This document shows, in pieces, positions 22,001 through 31,889 of a stretch of 64,000 nucleotides of DNA (within the stretch, counting starts at the first letter, position 1; every line of letters starts with the position of its first letter). Origin of the DNA: a virus (lineage: Duplodnaviria; Caudoviricetes); IMG/VR virus record IMGVR_UViG_3300037634_006988, positions 23,916 to 87,915 of that record; one strand, given 5' to 3'. The notes beneath the pieces are model-generated. The model did not search any database and was not told where the DNA came from. It worked only from the letters and a program-made list of their open reading frames with translations. The translations under genes and the position numbers were made by a program.

Positions 22001-25000
22001 GAGTTTGTTCTGGTAAATGTTTTAATATAGTCATCTAATTCTGTTGCCTTGTCAGACCAATTTAAATCATCATGAAAACCAGCAGCAAGAAATCTTAAAA
22101 AGATTGCCATGCTTTTCTGTTCTCCTAAAGATATTCCGTAATTATATGCCTCATCGCTAGTTGAATCTGGAATATTTGGGTCGCCGCCAGGAATTGGATT
22201 TAACGCCAAAATTCCCTTATCTGTTGTCCATGAATTTGAGGAGTCTAAAAGCCCCGCCCCCCGCAAAATCTGACTTTCGCGAGATTTATAAGGACTGTTT
22301 AATCCTGTATTAGATTGTTTATTGGGAGATAATGCTTCAACTCCGGTTATATATTGCCAATCTTCTCCACCTTGCGTTAGGGGATAGCGGGGGGCCTCCT
22401 TAGACCAAATTTCAGCTTTCGAAACTGCATCTGTACCAAAATATTTTCTCATTAACATCCCAACTGGCAAATTCCTTAAAGTGGAAACCCTTTTTAAATC
22501 CTCCATCCATAAACCGGCGATTATTTCTTCCGAAAGAGTTCCATTAGATGCCAATACTAAAGCCTTATCGGCTGGAACCGGATTATTTGAACCACCATCA
22601 CCGGCACTATAAGAATCATTTTCTAAGATCTGATTATTACCTGTGCCCCCATCACGAATGCCATTGAGTTCTCGCGGCACACTATATTCAGGAATCCATG
22701 CAGGCTCTTCTGCACTCTCCTTTTGCAGCAAATAAGAGTCTAGATCTGTTTTTCCAGCCGCCCCAACAACTTTTGACAAACGATTCGAAACACCAAAAAT
22801 TTGGTATCTTATAAAATATTCTAACGCCACATCAAAATTTTTAGTTTCAGCTCGTGGAGGAGTTAAATTGGGTGCATTTCTATTATAAAGATCCAGTGTC
22901 TCAATTCTAAATTCACGTAAAAATGCTTTTTGTGCAACGTCTTTCTTAAGTAATTGCGCAATATACGACACCAACAAAGAATCAACAGAGTCGGGAGTGC
23001 TAAATCGAAACCAATAAAAACAATAAATGGACCTCAACATAACCTCCAAAACATATGTTCTGACTGTTAATAATACCGCCCCACTCAAATTTGCCTTTTC
23101 AAATGGATTATCTTTGTTTGTGCCCAATCCATCTACATTTGGAAAAGAAGCCTCGATACACTGAATTAATCCATATTCATCTTTAATTCTTTGCTTAATA
23201 ATTTCAAAATCTAATAAACTGGCATTAATGTCACACTCTTGCCCTATTTTATTCATAGGTATTAAGTCTAAGGTACTTAATTTACTCAACTCCATTAATG
23301 GAGATTCTGCAATCATTTTAGTAAAACTACAATAATAATCTCTCCACAACCCATCGTAAGCGCTATACTTGATTTGATCTCCATATCTCTTATCGTAGAG
23401 ATAATCTCCCAGAGATTCAGCATTGCCATCGCCAAGGAGGCCAACTCCTGCTCCTCTTAGTGAGAGCCCACCATCAGGTCGAATAACACTTGGTCCATTG
23501 GGCCATGCCTGATTATAATTCCAAGAAACAAATAATTGTTCTTGTGGAATGTGTTGAAGTGTTGGAGAATATATACAATTATGGAACGCCCGATAAATAT
23601 TATCACTTAACGAATCTTCTTTAGTATCTCGATAAACGACAAATGGGGGAGCAGATCCAGCAGCAGTGGTCAATAGAATAGTAATACCATATTGATCTTT
23701 TGGACGATTTCCATTTCGTGCTTCATCTGCTAACGATACGGAGTAAGGAACAATATATTTTATATCATAAGAAGAACCGTGAAGGCTTTGAAAAGCCTCA
23801 ACTATACCACTAATACTTTCTCTAGCAATTTGAGGATCTATTCCTTCTGGTAGAGAAGGTGCTGCGTCTATTGAAGGAATCACCTTGTTCGTAATAAGTT
23901 CCATAGCCACGTCTGTCATACCAGCAGTTTCAAAAAGATTATTATCCACTTTAAAATTATAATAATGGTAAGAATTGTCATTATCGGTTATATTAAAAAG
24001 TCCTTCATTAATGCACATTGTCTGATATGCCTTCTTTAAGCCAGGAGCAAATTTAGATGGTGCCCTTTCTTTAACAGTAATTGGAATGGGAGAATATCCA
24101 TAAAGGTTGGTATACTCAGCTAATTTTTGGCCCCCACGATTTGTTGTATCATATTCTGATGCACGTCGTCTGCCTCGCGATGTTACATATTGTGCTGGCC
24201 CCGGCCGAATCTGAGATATTTCCCATTCATATTCTTGTTCTGCTGTTGGTTGCGTTTGACCAGTGCTCATTTGTCCCCCAACAAGTCGATCTCGTATTTC
24301 ATCACCCGCTGGCCACGCCAAATCGGGATCATCCACCACACCATTTGCTTCTTCTTCTGTGTCTCTACCAACGAGAGGTTCGTTCATCCAGCGTATAATA
24401 TTTTTTCCTGGTTGAGCCGCATCAGCAGGTAATGCACCAAAAGAATATCTTAAGTTTTGATCTTGGACCATGCTTACCCATTCTTGATTTAATTGGCGCT
24501 CTGAAGTTCCATCTGGATTTGTAACCCTTATTGTTCTCTTAATGGGACGTTCTACAATTGGTTGTTTCGTTAATATTGGTATAAGTCCTTCCAGATTTTC
24601 GTTAAATGCCATCGCAATACTATCATAAATTGTACTCAGAACTTTGTTCATCATAAAAATAAGCGATGGATGATCTTTTTCTACTAATCCCGGCTGAATT
24701 CCCCGATGAACTTCTTGTTTAGTTTCTTTGGAAATAAACTTTTTATTGTCATTGGGGTCAGTCATTACCCTTTCGGGTGGAATTATTTCACCTTGCTCAT
24801 CTCGATAAACCATTTTGCAGAAAATAGCAGGAGTCGCATCACCCAGCAAATCCCCCTTTTCCAACATTTTTGCTAAATCTTCAAGGCGTTGCTGTTTACG
24901 AGCACGAGATTTATCAATTTGATCCTTAATTTGAGACGCTGACAATCCTTTGCCTGCCAATAAACTTTGACGCATGGCAGTATCATCAGCATCACATAAA

Positions 25001-27042
25001 CATTTAACAGATTCGGGCATCGCATCCGTAACTTCTTTTACTGCGCCAAGAATTGATGATGGGCCAAACAGTTTCCCAAAATCTTCCCACATTTTTTGAA
25101 CTTTTGGTCGCAAAGAATCCGAACCTTCACCCACATCTTGACCAACAAGAACAACTTTCAATCGTGGAAAATTATCTAATAAATTTGTAACAGCATCTAA
25201 AGCTTCTCGTCCTGTTGCGCAACCCAAAAGTAAGTTGCCCATTTCGCCCGGAGTCAAAACTTGCGATGAAGCATTTACATATTCAGACAAATCAGTCTTA
25301 GCGTTTTCAATTTTTTGTTGTATTTCTTCCTCAGAAGTTTCCGTTCGCACGCCGGGCGTATATTTTGAAGTTCCTGCTAGATCTAAACCAGCAGTTAATA
25401 ATGGATTTTTGGCCCATCGTTCAGTTTCTCCAAGAACTTCTCTGCTTATTTGATTTGCTCCCGATTCTCTCATCATTGTGGAGCCAGCTTCGCCTACAGT
25501 TCCCACAATCATTGTCTTCAACAAAGAATCACCAATATTAAAGGCTCCAAAATTCATGCCATCAAATCGCGAACGACCTTCAGCTTCATTAGCCAATGCA
25601 CATTCGTTGCACGCTTCCAACAATTGTTGAAGAAGTTCAACAAGCATTTGAATTAACATTCCTAAAACAGCCTCAAGAATGCCCATTAGGATTTTTAATC
25701 CTAAATCTTTCATATAATCTGCAATTGGAAAATCATCAGGAATAGATAAAGTTGGTATTGTTTTAGTGAGCAAATTGGCCACATTATCAAAAAAGCTTGC
25801 AGCTTGATTAAGATAAGCTTTTGCCATATTAAGATATTCAAACCCCTGAAAGCCAGAGCATTCTAGTGCGCCTTCGATTAAACTTTGAAGAGGAATCTTG
25901 TTTAAAACATTTTTAAAGATTCCTTTTGATAAATAATTGCCTGGATTTCGTGTCAAATAACCAGTTCCTAGCGTAATTCCATCAGTTATGGTTTGTAAGC
26001 TGCCAACAACAGTATCTCCCACAAATTCTGCTGAAGAATCAAGAACCTTTTGAGCGTTTTTTCGGTCTGCTTTTGACGTAACGGCAAAATCTTCAAGCTC
26101 TAATGTGGTTTTTTGAGGTTTAGAGTTGTCTTCAGCTGTCGTGCTAGGCCCTGCAATACCATCAGTATTGCTTCTGCGCCCTGGTTCTGAAAAATCGTAT
26201 GTTGGGGGGTTTATCACATAATCGTTAAAAAATGTTTCCATTGGAATATTTTCGTTCTTGAGATAAATGTTATAAATCTTGTCCAAGTTAAATAAGAAAT
26301 TAACTGTTCTTTTATTGGTTCCAATAGGGCTTTTTTGGAATTTTTTAAATCCCTTGTAAAGTGTTTGAATTCCTTTTCCTTCATCTATTTGCCCATACAG
26401 GAATTTGTATTCAGAATCAATACCAAAAATTAATAAATCAGAACGGCTTGAATCATAAGAATACCCATTAGATTGCATTAAGCCTGCGAGAGCCATCAAT
26501 GAATTAGAAAAATTATCAGTTTCGTGCTTAAGGTTTAAGCCAAGAACTTTCCCTCGAAAGCGCTGAATATTAGCATTATATTTGTTTAAGAGTTCTGTGG
26601 TTCCTTTAATTTTTTCTTCCAAGTCAAAAGTGTTGAAATACATCTCTGCCCAAGGTGGTGGCAATGCTAAAGGTGGTGGCTCGTCAGCCAATCCATCAAT
26701 AAGGGCCGTTGGCACCGATATTAAAACTTTTATTTTTGAGCCCGGTCGCTCCGAAACATACCAATCTTCGGCAAATGCTGCACCACTGCTCGTTGGGTCA
26801 TTATCAACTTTTTCATAAAATTCTAAAACATTTTGATAACCAACAGGAATAGCATTATCCTTAATATCCTGAAGTTTATCTTCGCTGCCTTCTGTTGTTG
26901 TTTCGCTTGTGACTACAGTAATTGAATATCTATCATCTAGATCGCCTTCAGCTTTTTGGAAAAAAGCTTGCGAACCATCCATTCGTGTCCAATCAACTTT
27001 TATTAAAGGCTTAATGTCTTTTTTTAGATCAATCGTAGCCAT
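19006..27042 (-). CDS. Giant hypothetical virion protein (2678 aa) with several hydrophobic helices
   Basis: Uninterrupted ORF between the putative spike gene and the gp25-like gene; function unknown. Confidence 0.55.
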   Translation of the reverse strand: MATIDLKKDIKPLIKVDWTRMDGSQAFFQKAEGDLDDRYSITVVTSETTTEGSEDKLQDIKDNAIPVGYQNVLEFYEKVDNDPTSSGAAFAEDWYVSERPGSKIKVLISVPTALIDGLADEPPPLALPPPWAEMYFNTFDLEEKIKGTTELLNKYNANIQRFRGKVLGLNLKHETDNFSNSLMALAGLMQSNGYSYDSSRSDLLIFGIDSEYKFLYGQIDEGKGIQTLYKGFKKFQKSPIGTNKRTVNFLFNLDKIYNIYLKNENIPMETFFNDYVINPPTYDFSEPGRRSNTDGIAGPSTTAEDNSKPQKTTLELEDFAVTSKADRKNAQKVLDSSAEFVGDTVVGSLQTITDGITLGTGYLTRNPGNYLSKGIFKNVLNKIPLQSLIEGALECSGFQGFEYLNMAKAYLNQAASFFDNVANLLTKTIPTLSIPDDFPIADYMKDLGLKILMGILEAVLGMLIQMLVELLQQLLEACNECALANEAEGRSRFDGMNFGAFNIGDSLLKTMIVGTVGEAGSTMMRESGANQISREVLGETERWAKNPLLTAGLDLAGTSKYTPGVRTETSEEEIQQKIENAKTDLSEYVNASSQVLTPGEMGNLLLGCATGREALDAVTNLLDNFPRLKVVLVGQDVGEGSDSLRPKVQKMWEDFGKLFGPSSILGAVKEVTDAMPESVKCLCDADDTAMRQSLLAGKGLSASQIKDQIDKSRARKQQRLEDLAKMLEKGDLLGDATPAIFCKMVYRDEQGEIIPPERVMTDPNDNKKFISKETKQEVHRGIQPGLVEKDHPSLIFMMNKVLSTIYDSIAMAFNENLEGLIPILTKQPIVERPIKRTIRVTNPDGTSERQLNQEWVSMVQDQNLRYSFGALPADAAQPGKNIIRWMNEPLVGRDTEEEANGVVDDPDLAWPAGDEIRDRLVGGQMSTGQTQPTAEQEYEWEISQIRPGPAQYVTSRGRRRASEYDTTNRGGQKLAEYTNLYGYSPIPITVKERAPSKFAPGLKKAYQTMCINEGLFNITDNDNSYHYYNFKVDNNLFETAGMTDVAMELITNKVIPSIDAAPSLPEGIDPQIARESISGIVEAFQSLHGSSYDIKYIVPYSVSLADEARNGNRPKDQYGITILLTTAAGSAPPFVVYRDTKEDSLSDNIYRAFHNCIYSPTLQHIPQEQLFVSWNYNQAWPNGPSVIRPDGGLSLRGAGVGLLGDGNAESLGDYLYDKRYGDQIKYSAYDGLWRDYYCSFTKMIAESPLMELSKLSTLDLIPMNKIGQECDINASLLDFEIIKQRIKDEYGLIQCIEASFPNVDGLGTNKDNPFEKANLSGAVLLTVRTYVLEVMLRSIYCFYWFRFSTPDSVDSLLVSYIAQLLKKDVAQKAFLREFRIETLDLYNRNAPNLTPPRAETKNFDVALEYFIRYQIFGVSNRLSKVVGAAGKTDLDSYLLQKESAEEPAWIPEYSVPRELNGIRDGGTGNNQILENDSYSAGDGGSNNPVPADKALVLASNGTLSEEIIAGLWMEDLKRVSTLRNLPVGMLMRKYFGTDAVSKAEIWSKEAPRYPLTQGGEDWQYITGVEALSPNKQSNTGLNSPYKSRESQILRGAGLLDSSNSWTTDKGILALNPIPGGDPNIPDSTSDEAYNYGISLGEQKSMAIFLRFLAAGFHDDLNWSDKATELDDYIKTFTRTNSGGAVDVLSFYPGKILKDITAQKSGQKSWTFKHGQVWDKRAWGGEGVEPPQWIRDSFGEEIDFGRGTGQYDFGIDTPVSVPSISFTTNAQGDGGSPLNYQYSAFDRGSAHLGFQGNRWYRSMEQVRRKNADPDEPGADAPADYVDLDWRRLAGLPADAEPDIEDFGRLRWITIGNQVIGPWKGWYLNTQPGNRSNQGQAKRRGAPLSFKLIDPGYRYHWDGTKQTQNESWGGPSNTIGYNSRTSGAIVRGRESEGFIEGLGIRNPDRLELQENTGITVGVNFKNLSFFNLQPTSFNSQTGYPENPRSDTNPWVNRLLQRAVNLLETGMPYLSLLDFDILSIKKILVWEKEEAKNLYETEAFWSELSRTYDEWINHVTIMIRHFKEAEEGRQLRRELLFEEIVIGGTSRAQSPPETNPGKSFENGNFIQEYYIRVEELDYQGMPYETNANLASNDTAEEIITQHFQGDQEFRRGIEEVKWKNSNYVDVDRTEFLKGVINIKKFQEYINTRFNSQGEIPANVLSHYQQNLSADCLPNRLTKALITDLARFMECGEAKAQELGVSVSPDRDYFVLGDFFKSVHVGLRISYVNPMPPQPVLAEPFGPAPAPPGAATSCWRNHELDPTVQFYRGAAQGGFNQGLPFGKIAREASNTVDGALYQKAFFVSNTDNAPFEEVANVIPLVCSEVPVDLDTRMRDVVNGHADSRVPLSLRMNGGMPFFEFQYKLKHQTLIEQLKASSEYQALFRYLFPLPRMLSLNNIYGSEYLRSYKGISELFDPTKFRLKDLFFGIYNSGNYPSTDCGPSNLDLQLGAMNGHLWGGLAATIGIMILKTSVLIFKGFVEATDTNIAVSKQIRDAIHLINQIIAQAQIMANQTQQAPEGEEDCGPGAPGSPQKPPDAWLEPINENFIPEPQIMFISLALLPITLLPMIWPGIPITPFGLAYWGMDWRPEPNWLNSMPPADWLDKLLSKGSGPGAEMGGPNDEDCDIDVGMPPLEPGEI

Positions 27043-27044
27043 AA

Positions 27045-28046
27045 TTAATTTGAATTATTGAACCTGCTGTTGATATATTTTTTACCAACCTCATTTAAAT
27101 AAGTTACTCGAAAGCTTGCCAAATTTGCTTTAAAAAGCATTAATGAACGTTTGGTTTGGCTCAGAGTGTCTATCATCCATTTAACGCCTTGAGTCTGACA
27201 ACTGGGTGATATTGTTGTCATTTTGCCCCAAAATGGAGAATGATGAAAATGATTTGCTATTGCTTCATTGAGAGAGGTTTGATGAACTAAAAATGTATCA
27301 ACAATTCCGGCTAAACTATCAATATGATGCACGAGCCTTGAAAGAGCCTCGGACAAATTTTCTCCCTTTACGAGCGGCTGCAAGTCCGAATCATCATTTC
27401 CAGCAATTAAATCAATTCCAGCCACACTACGAATTGTGCCGCCCTGAGAATTAATTGAGTCAACTCCGGTTACTAATTTAATACCTTCGCGCCCAATTAA
27501 TCGCACACCATCAGCTTTTAGTGCGATCCCTGAACGAGGAATGGGTTTAAAAGATGTTGGCGCAGGAATATTTGGATTATCAACTATATCAAATTCATCG
27601 TCATTAACACCAATAGCCGATCCAACAGTACCAGCAGCCAAACCAAAATTTGCATCAATATCAGTTTTTTGACTTATATAAATTCTAGCTGCGTCTTTTT
27701 TAAAATCGGGATCTGTCCAAACTTTTTGGTTATCACCAGTATATGCAATAACGCCTGCGCCCATTCGGCCAACAACAATATCAATTGATCCAGCTTGGGT
27801 GTCTCCCCGGCCACCATATCCGCTCATTCGCCCCTTGGGGCGATCCCGCCCCAAAACAATCCAAGAATTATTTTCGTTTTTTATAACCTTTTCTGTGGAT
27901 GTTTGAATATATTGGGGAACTGGTTCAAGTAATGGATCGCCACCAATACCCTTAATGAATTTGGTATCTTTTTTGCTTTTTTTGTCAAAAGCTTCTTTGG
28001 CCTCTTCACTAAGACCTGAAATTGTGGATGCTTGTTTAAAACTCAT
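27045..28046 (-). CDS. Putative baseplate spike/hub protein (gp5 C-terminal-like)
   Basis: Gly-rich beta-strand repeats (IALKADGVRLIGREGIKLVT), LQPLVKGENL followed by a coiled-coil; position upstream of the wedge genes. Confidence 0.4.
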   Translation of the reverse strand: MSFKQASTISGLSEEAKEAFDKKSKKDTKFIKGIGGDPLLEPVPQYIQTSTEKVIKNENNSWIVLGRDRPKGRMSGYGGRGDTQAGSIDIVVGRMGAGVIAYTGDNQKVWTDPDFKKDAARIYISQKTDIDANFGLAAGTVGSAIGVNDDEFDIVDNPNIPAPTSFKPIPRSGIALKADGVRLIGREGIKLVTGVDSINSQGGTIRSVAGIDLIAGNDDSDLQPLVKGENLSEALSRLVHHIDSLAGIVDTFLVHQTSLNEAIANHFHHSPFWGKMTTISPSCQTQGVKWMIDTLSQTKRSLMLFKANLASFRVTYLNEVGKKYINSRFNNSN

Positions 28047-28633
28047 TATCCAATACTCTTAATGCGCTTATTGTCTTTTTTGAATTTATCAGAAGTTTTT
28101 TCAACTGTGGGGGCCATACCTTGAGATAATTTACCCAAATAAAGGCCAACTTTATTTGTAAATCCCCATGCCCACGGATGAATAACCTGCACAGGATCCC
28201 CCGCTTTTGGAACAATTTTGTCTAATTCTTCATTTTGCGCCTCAAAAACAAAATGCTGATAAATAAGATCAGTTTCATCGCCCGGATTTAAAAAGTTTTT
28301 GGGCACAGATAACGCTCCATCGATCTTCGTATGAACCCACATCTTTAAACACGTTTCTGACTCAACATGAGAAATTGAATTAAGTCGATCTCTCGGCCCA
28401 TTTGGAGTAACTTTGCCATCTTTTGAGACAGCCAAAACAATACCTGGAACTGGTTTAGATAAATCTTCACCAGAAACATCATAACTTTTCTTTACGACGG
28501 TTGCCCAGCGCTCCACAAAAGTATCTTCGTTTTCTAAAAATGGAGAAGGAAACTTCTCAGCATTTGTCGGAAACAAACTATAATCACCATCAAGAAGTTT
28601 TTTTGTCTTTGAGTCCATCTGCTTTCTCCCCAT
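28046..28633 (-). CDS. Hypothetical protein, possibly a gp5 N-terminal OB-fold-like domain
   Basis: PGIVLAV...PKAGDPVQV resembles the gp5/gpV OB-fold pattern; TAATG-coupled to the spike-like gene. Confidence 0.3.
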   Translation of the reverse strand: MGRKQMDSKTKKLLDGDYSLFPTNAEKFPSPFLENEDTFVERWATVVKKSYDVSGEDLSKPVPGIVLAVSKDGKVTPNGPRDRLNSISHVESETCLKMWVHTKIDGALSVPKNFLNPGDETDLIYQHFVFEAQNEELDKIVPKAGDPVQVIHPWAWGFTNKVGLYLGKLSQGMAPTVEKTSDKFKKDNKRIKSIG

Positions 28634-28916
28634 TTAATTCATTAAAAATCTCATCTCGTTCACGTTCAGATAAATCTATAGTATCTGTTTCTCCTTTCTT
28701 TTGCAAAGTGGCAATCTTTACAAGTTGTTCATTTGAACGCTGAAGTGTTTCAACATATTTGGCCGCAATCAAACCAACCTCTTTATGCCGATGTTCGTCT
28801 GATGAGAGATACTTAACCAAATCTTTAAGCAGTTCTTTTGTTTGATCACGATCTGCTCTAATATTGTCTAGCGCCTCTTCGGCCAGTGCCTCAAAATCTT
28901 TTTTTAGTCGTTCCAT
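28590..28916 (-). CDS. Hypothetical helical protein (108 aa)
   Basis: ORF track; coiled-coil-like composition. Confidence 0.6.
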   Translation of the reverse strand: MERLKKDFEALAEEALDNIRADRDQTKELLKDLVKYLSSDEHRHKEVGLIAAKYVETLQRSNEQLVKIATLQKKGETDTIDLSERERDEIFNELNGEKADGLKDKKTS

Positions 28917-29590
28917 TTTTTCTTAAAACTAGCGTATTCAATCCTAAACTTGTTTAAACTATTTAAAACCTGCTTGGTGTTGAGATTTGTAATTTCCCTT
29001 ATATACAAATAAATAGCTTTTTTGTTAAAAATTTCGATTGTATCAGCGTCAGTAAACAAGATTTTAATAGCTTCCAAGATTTTTCGTTCGTTTTCTTTGA
29101 GGTTTTGTTTTTCCCATCTTCTTATCTCAACCCATAAATATTCCATGAACTCTCTTTTGTTGCGTTCAGCATCATAAGTGTTATAGATGGATAATTTATC
29201 TAACTCTACTTGTTTTGAGATTTCATCATAACCAGCTTCACGCCTGAGCTGGATTGCTGTTTTTTTAACTTTGGCAATGAACCAATTTTTTGTTATAACG
29301 CTGAAATAAGAAAAGGCTTTGGAACCTTTGGAGGGATCAAAATTGCTTAAAATTGTAACAAGATGCATTTCGCATTCATTTTTAAGGCTATCTACGTTGG
29401 GAAGGCTTGTAAATTTGTAGGTAAAAACGATCTTGTTAATCATTTCTACAAAAACAGGTTGAATTATATTCTTATACAACTCATTTCGATGTTGATTGTC
29501 CTCGGAAGCGATGTATTCGAGAATCGCATCTTCATGAAATTTGGTAAAATAATTAACCTTCTTCTGACGGCTGCGTTTCTTCTTGATCAT
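28904..29590 (-). CDS. Phage-encoded sigma-70-family-like transcription factor (probable late sigma)
   Basis: Region-2-like LVTILSNFDPSKGSKAFSYFSVITKN (compare FDPxRGxKFSTYA); C-terminal helical/HTH-like segment; lies just upstream of the structural genes. Confidence 0.65.
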   Translation of the reverse strand: MIKKKRSRQKKVNYFTKFHEDAILEYIASEDNQHRNELYKNIIQPVFVEMINKIVFTYKFTSLPNVDSLKNECEMHLVTILSNFDPSKGSKAFSYFSVITKNWFIAKVKKTAIQLRREAGYDEISKQVELDKLSIYNTYDAERNKREFMEYLWVEIRRWEKQNLKENERKILEAIKILFTDADTIEIFNKKAIYLYIREITNLNTKQVLNSLNKFRIEYASFKKKWND

Positions 29591-29924
29591 ATTTTGATTG
29601 CAATTCTAAAGTTGCCCTTTCTAACTCCTCTAATAAGTCGGGCTGAGTAAATGAATAAAGGCCCTCGTATTTGTTTAAAAATTCACTCAAAGCTTTGGTG
29701 TGTTCCAAAAGTCCACTTAAAGTTTCATCTCCGTAAAAAGTAGGCAACTCATAAACAGTTGTTAAATGTTCTTTAAATGAATCCATTCGAGTAAATATAT
29801 CTGCTGCTTCTTCTGAAATAACAAAAACTCTCACAATATTTTGACGTATATATGTTATTAATAAAACATTTACAACGAAGGAAAGTCCACATAAAATTGC
29901 TGCCACGATAAACCACTCATTCAT
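29553..29924 (-). CDS. Hypothetical membrane-anchored protein
   Basis: N-terminal hydrophobic helix WFIVAAILCGLSFVVNVLLITYI. Confidence 0.6.
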   Translation of the reverse strand: MNEWFIVAAILCGLSFVVNVLLITYIRQNIVRVFVISEEAADIFTRMDSFKEHLTTVYELPTFYGDETLSGLLEHTKALSEFLNKYEGLYSFTQPDLLEELERATLELQSKYDQEETQPSEEG

Positions 29925-30189
29925 TATTTTTATATTTCCTTTGTGAAAATTTTTCTTGTTCCTGCTTCAACTCTTCTTTTGCCTCTTCAATTGTTGCCTT
30001 TACAACACTTCCGGCCTTGGTTTTTGTTCCAAAATCACTGTTTTTTTTGCTTAAAAAAATTGTAGAAGGTCGCCGCATCACTTCCCCTATAGTATCACAA
30101 AGTTGACAAATTTGAACAATTTCTTTCAAAGAATGCCGGAGTTCAAATTCGCCATCGCACTTCTTACAATAATAAACATACTTAGGCAT
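29917..30189 (-). CDS. FmdB-family zinc-ribbon protein
   Basis: MPKYVYYCKKCDGEFE...CQLC; start moved to the ATG at 30189. Confidence 0.75.
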   Translation of the reverse strand: MPKYVYYCKKCDGEFELRHSLKEIVQICQLCDTIGEVMRRPSTIFLSKKNSDFGTKTKAGSVVKATIEEAKEELKQEQEKFSQRKYKNNE

Positions 30190-30370
30190 TCGCTTCTTCT
30201 TCGGGTGGTTCTGGATTAACCTGTAATAATGGAGGATTTTCCACAATCAATCCATCATCTGAATCGACTAACTCAAAATCCTTTAGCAACTCTGTTATGT
30301 CAGACTGCTCCATTATTCCTTTTTGTACTGCCATCATTAACGATCCAATGGCTTGATTTGATAATTTCAT
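30182..30370 (-). CDS. Small hypothetical protein (62 aa)
   Basis: ATGA-coupled ORF with an upstream AAGGAG. Confidence 0.65.
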   Translation of the reverse strand: MKLSNQAIGSLMMAVQKGIMEQSDITELLKDFELVDSDDGLIVENPPLLQVNPEPPEEEANA

Positions 30371-31176
30371 CTTAAATTCTCCTTAAATTTTTTATATACA
30401 TAATCTGCACTTGGGTGCCACTTATATTCACAATCAAATAAAACTTTTGTGTTTAATGGGTTCCAATTTTCTTCATACCTAACTTTATTTTGTGGAATAG
30501 ACCAAACAACGTGCGGTAGCCCGCATAATGATGCCAAATGCATAGGACCAGATGACGGCCCAAAGGCACAGCTTGAATTTCTTAAGATTGTTACAAGCTT
30601 TTTCATTTCCAAGTCTCTTAAATCATCAGTTCCATCTAAAAAGGCAGCTTCTTTCTTGGTGCCAATACACGCTATTTTCTTATTTCCCAACAACTTTTTA
30701 AGTTTATTCCAATTTTCTAAACTCCAATTATCTTCTTTTCTCAATTCCCTGCTTCTAATATGAAAAATATAATCATACTGTTTTACTTCTTCTTGACCAA
30801 AACACACATATTTTGGTTGAATTGGGTGATTGCCAAAAATTACATGATCTGTGTGGTGGGTATGCGGGGGGATTCCAATTCGTCGAGGTAACACGAGCGC
30901 TGTATCCTTATCCATTTTAATATTATTGCTTGTAACAATCTCTTTAAAAGCGCTCAATATATCTAAATTATGCATAAAGAATGCATCTGGGAGTCCACTA
31001 TTTGATTCATAAGCCACAAAACTGTGAGCGAAATCTTCATAAAAAGCTTCAGAATTTTTTCTAGAGATTATGGTGGTTTCATCGAACTTCTCAGACAAAG
31101 CGCGAATATATCCCTGCCACGCAAAAAGCTCCCAACCAAATTCGCCAACCCATGGACCCGCTATTAATCTTTTCAC
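30367..31176 (-). CDS. GT9-like (heptosyltransferase-type) glycosyltransferase
   Basis: C-terminal AFGPSSGPMHLASLCGLPHVV matches the GT9 DSGPMHLAAA motif; the GTG start overlaps the upstream stop. Confidence 0.65.
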   Translation of the reverse strand: MKRLIAGPWVGEFGWELFAWQGYIRALSEKFDETTIISRKNSEAFYEDFAHSFVAYESNSGLPDAFFMHNLDILSAFKEIVTSNNIKMDKDTALVLPRRIGIPPHTHHTDHVIFGNHPIQPKYVCFGQEEVKQYDYIFHIRSRELRKEDNWSLENWNKLKKLLGNKKIACIGTKKEAAFLDGTDDLRDLEMKKLVTILRNSSCAFGPSSGPMHLASLCGLPHVVWSIPQNKVRYEENWNPLNTKVLFDCEYKWHPSADYVYKKFKENLR

Positions 31177-31880
31177 TCGTACCACCTTGCATGATCTAGT
31201 TTTGCCTGCTCTAATTTAGATGGAGCTTCATTTACGTCAAATATTCCACGCCCAGCATAATGTATAACGTGGGACAGAAAACGATCTGGACTATTATTCC
31301 ACGCTTCTGAAAACATGGTCATATGATTAAATTGATAAGAAAGAGGTTTTATCTTATATCCCAACTTATTAATTAAATAACCAATGTGTATATCGTCAGT
31401 TCCCCACTCAGTAAAGTATTTGTTATCTATTTTACGATAAATATCACGATGGCATTTTGAGGTCACAAACACGCCCGTATTCACATATCCTTCACGCCAC
31501 CCAATGTCTCCAAATTGGCGCTGAGATTCGAGTATGCACTGAACCCTTTGCGGCTTTCGAGTTCCTAAATCTTCAAATATTGTACCTATGCTATCATATG
31601 GAACAATATTAAACAAGTCTGGACAATCTGGAGACAAAAGCATATCACTATCTAAATGCAATATTCGATCATAGTGTTCATGCAAATCATAGTGCTTCAT
31701 GATTCTATATTGATATACTCCATTGCCAATACCCGAAGCGGCTTCAGGGCAATTTAATGACTCATCTAAAATCAAAAAATCTGCCCCAATTCTTTCGGCA
31801 TAGCGCCTAAAAATGGGGTGTGTGAGTTGAACCCAATCAGTACAATGGTGATCGGCACGGGTGGTTATTAATAAATTCAT
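31173..31880 (-). CDS. GT-A fold glycosyltransferase (GT8-like)
   Basis: DxD motif HLDSDML, VNTGV and a C-terminal IHYAG. Confidence 0.75.
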   Translation of the reverse strand: MNLLITTRADHHCTDWVQLTHPIFRRYAERIGADFLILDESLNCPEAASGIGNGVYQYRIMKHYDLHEHYDRILHLDSDMLLSPDCPDLFNIVPYDSIGTIFEDLGTRKPQRVQCILESQRQFGDIGWREGYVNTGVFVTSKCHRDIYRKIDNKYFTEWGTDDIHIGYLINKLGYKIKPLSYQFNHMTMFSEAWNNSPDRFLSHVIHYAGRGIFDVNEAPSKLEQAKLDHARWYE

Positions 31881-31889
31881 TTTTATGTT

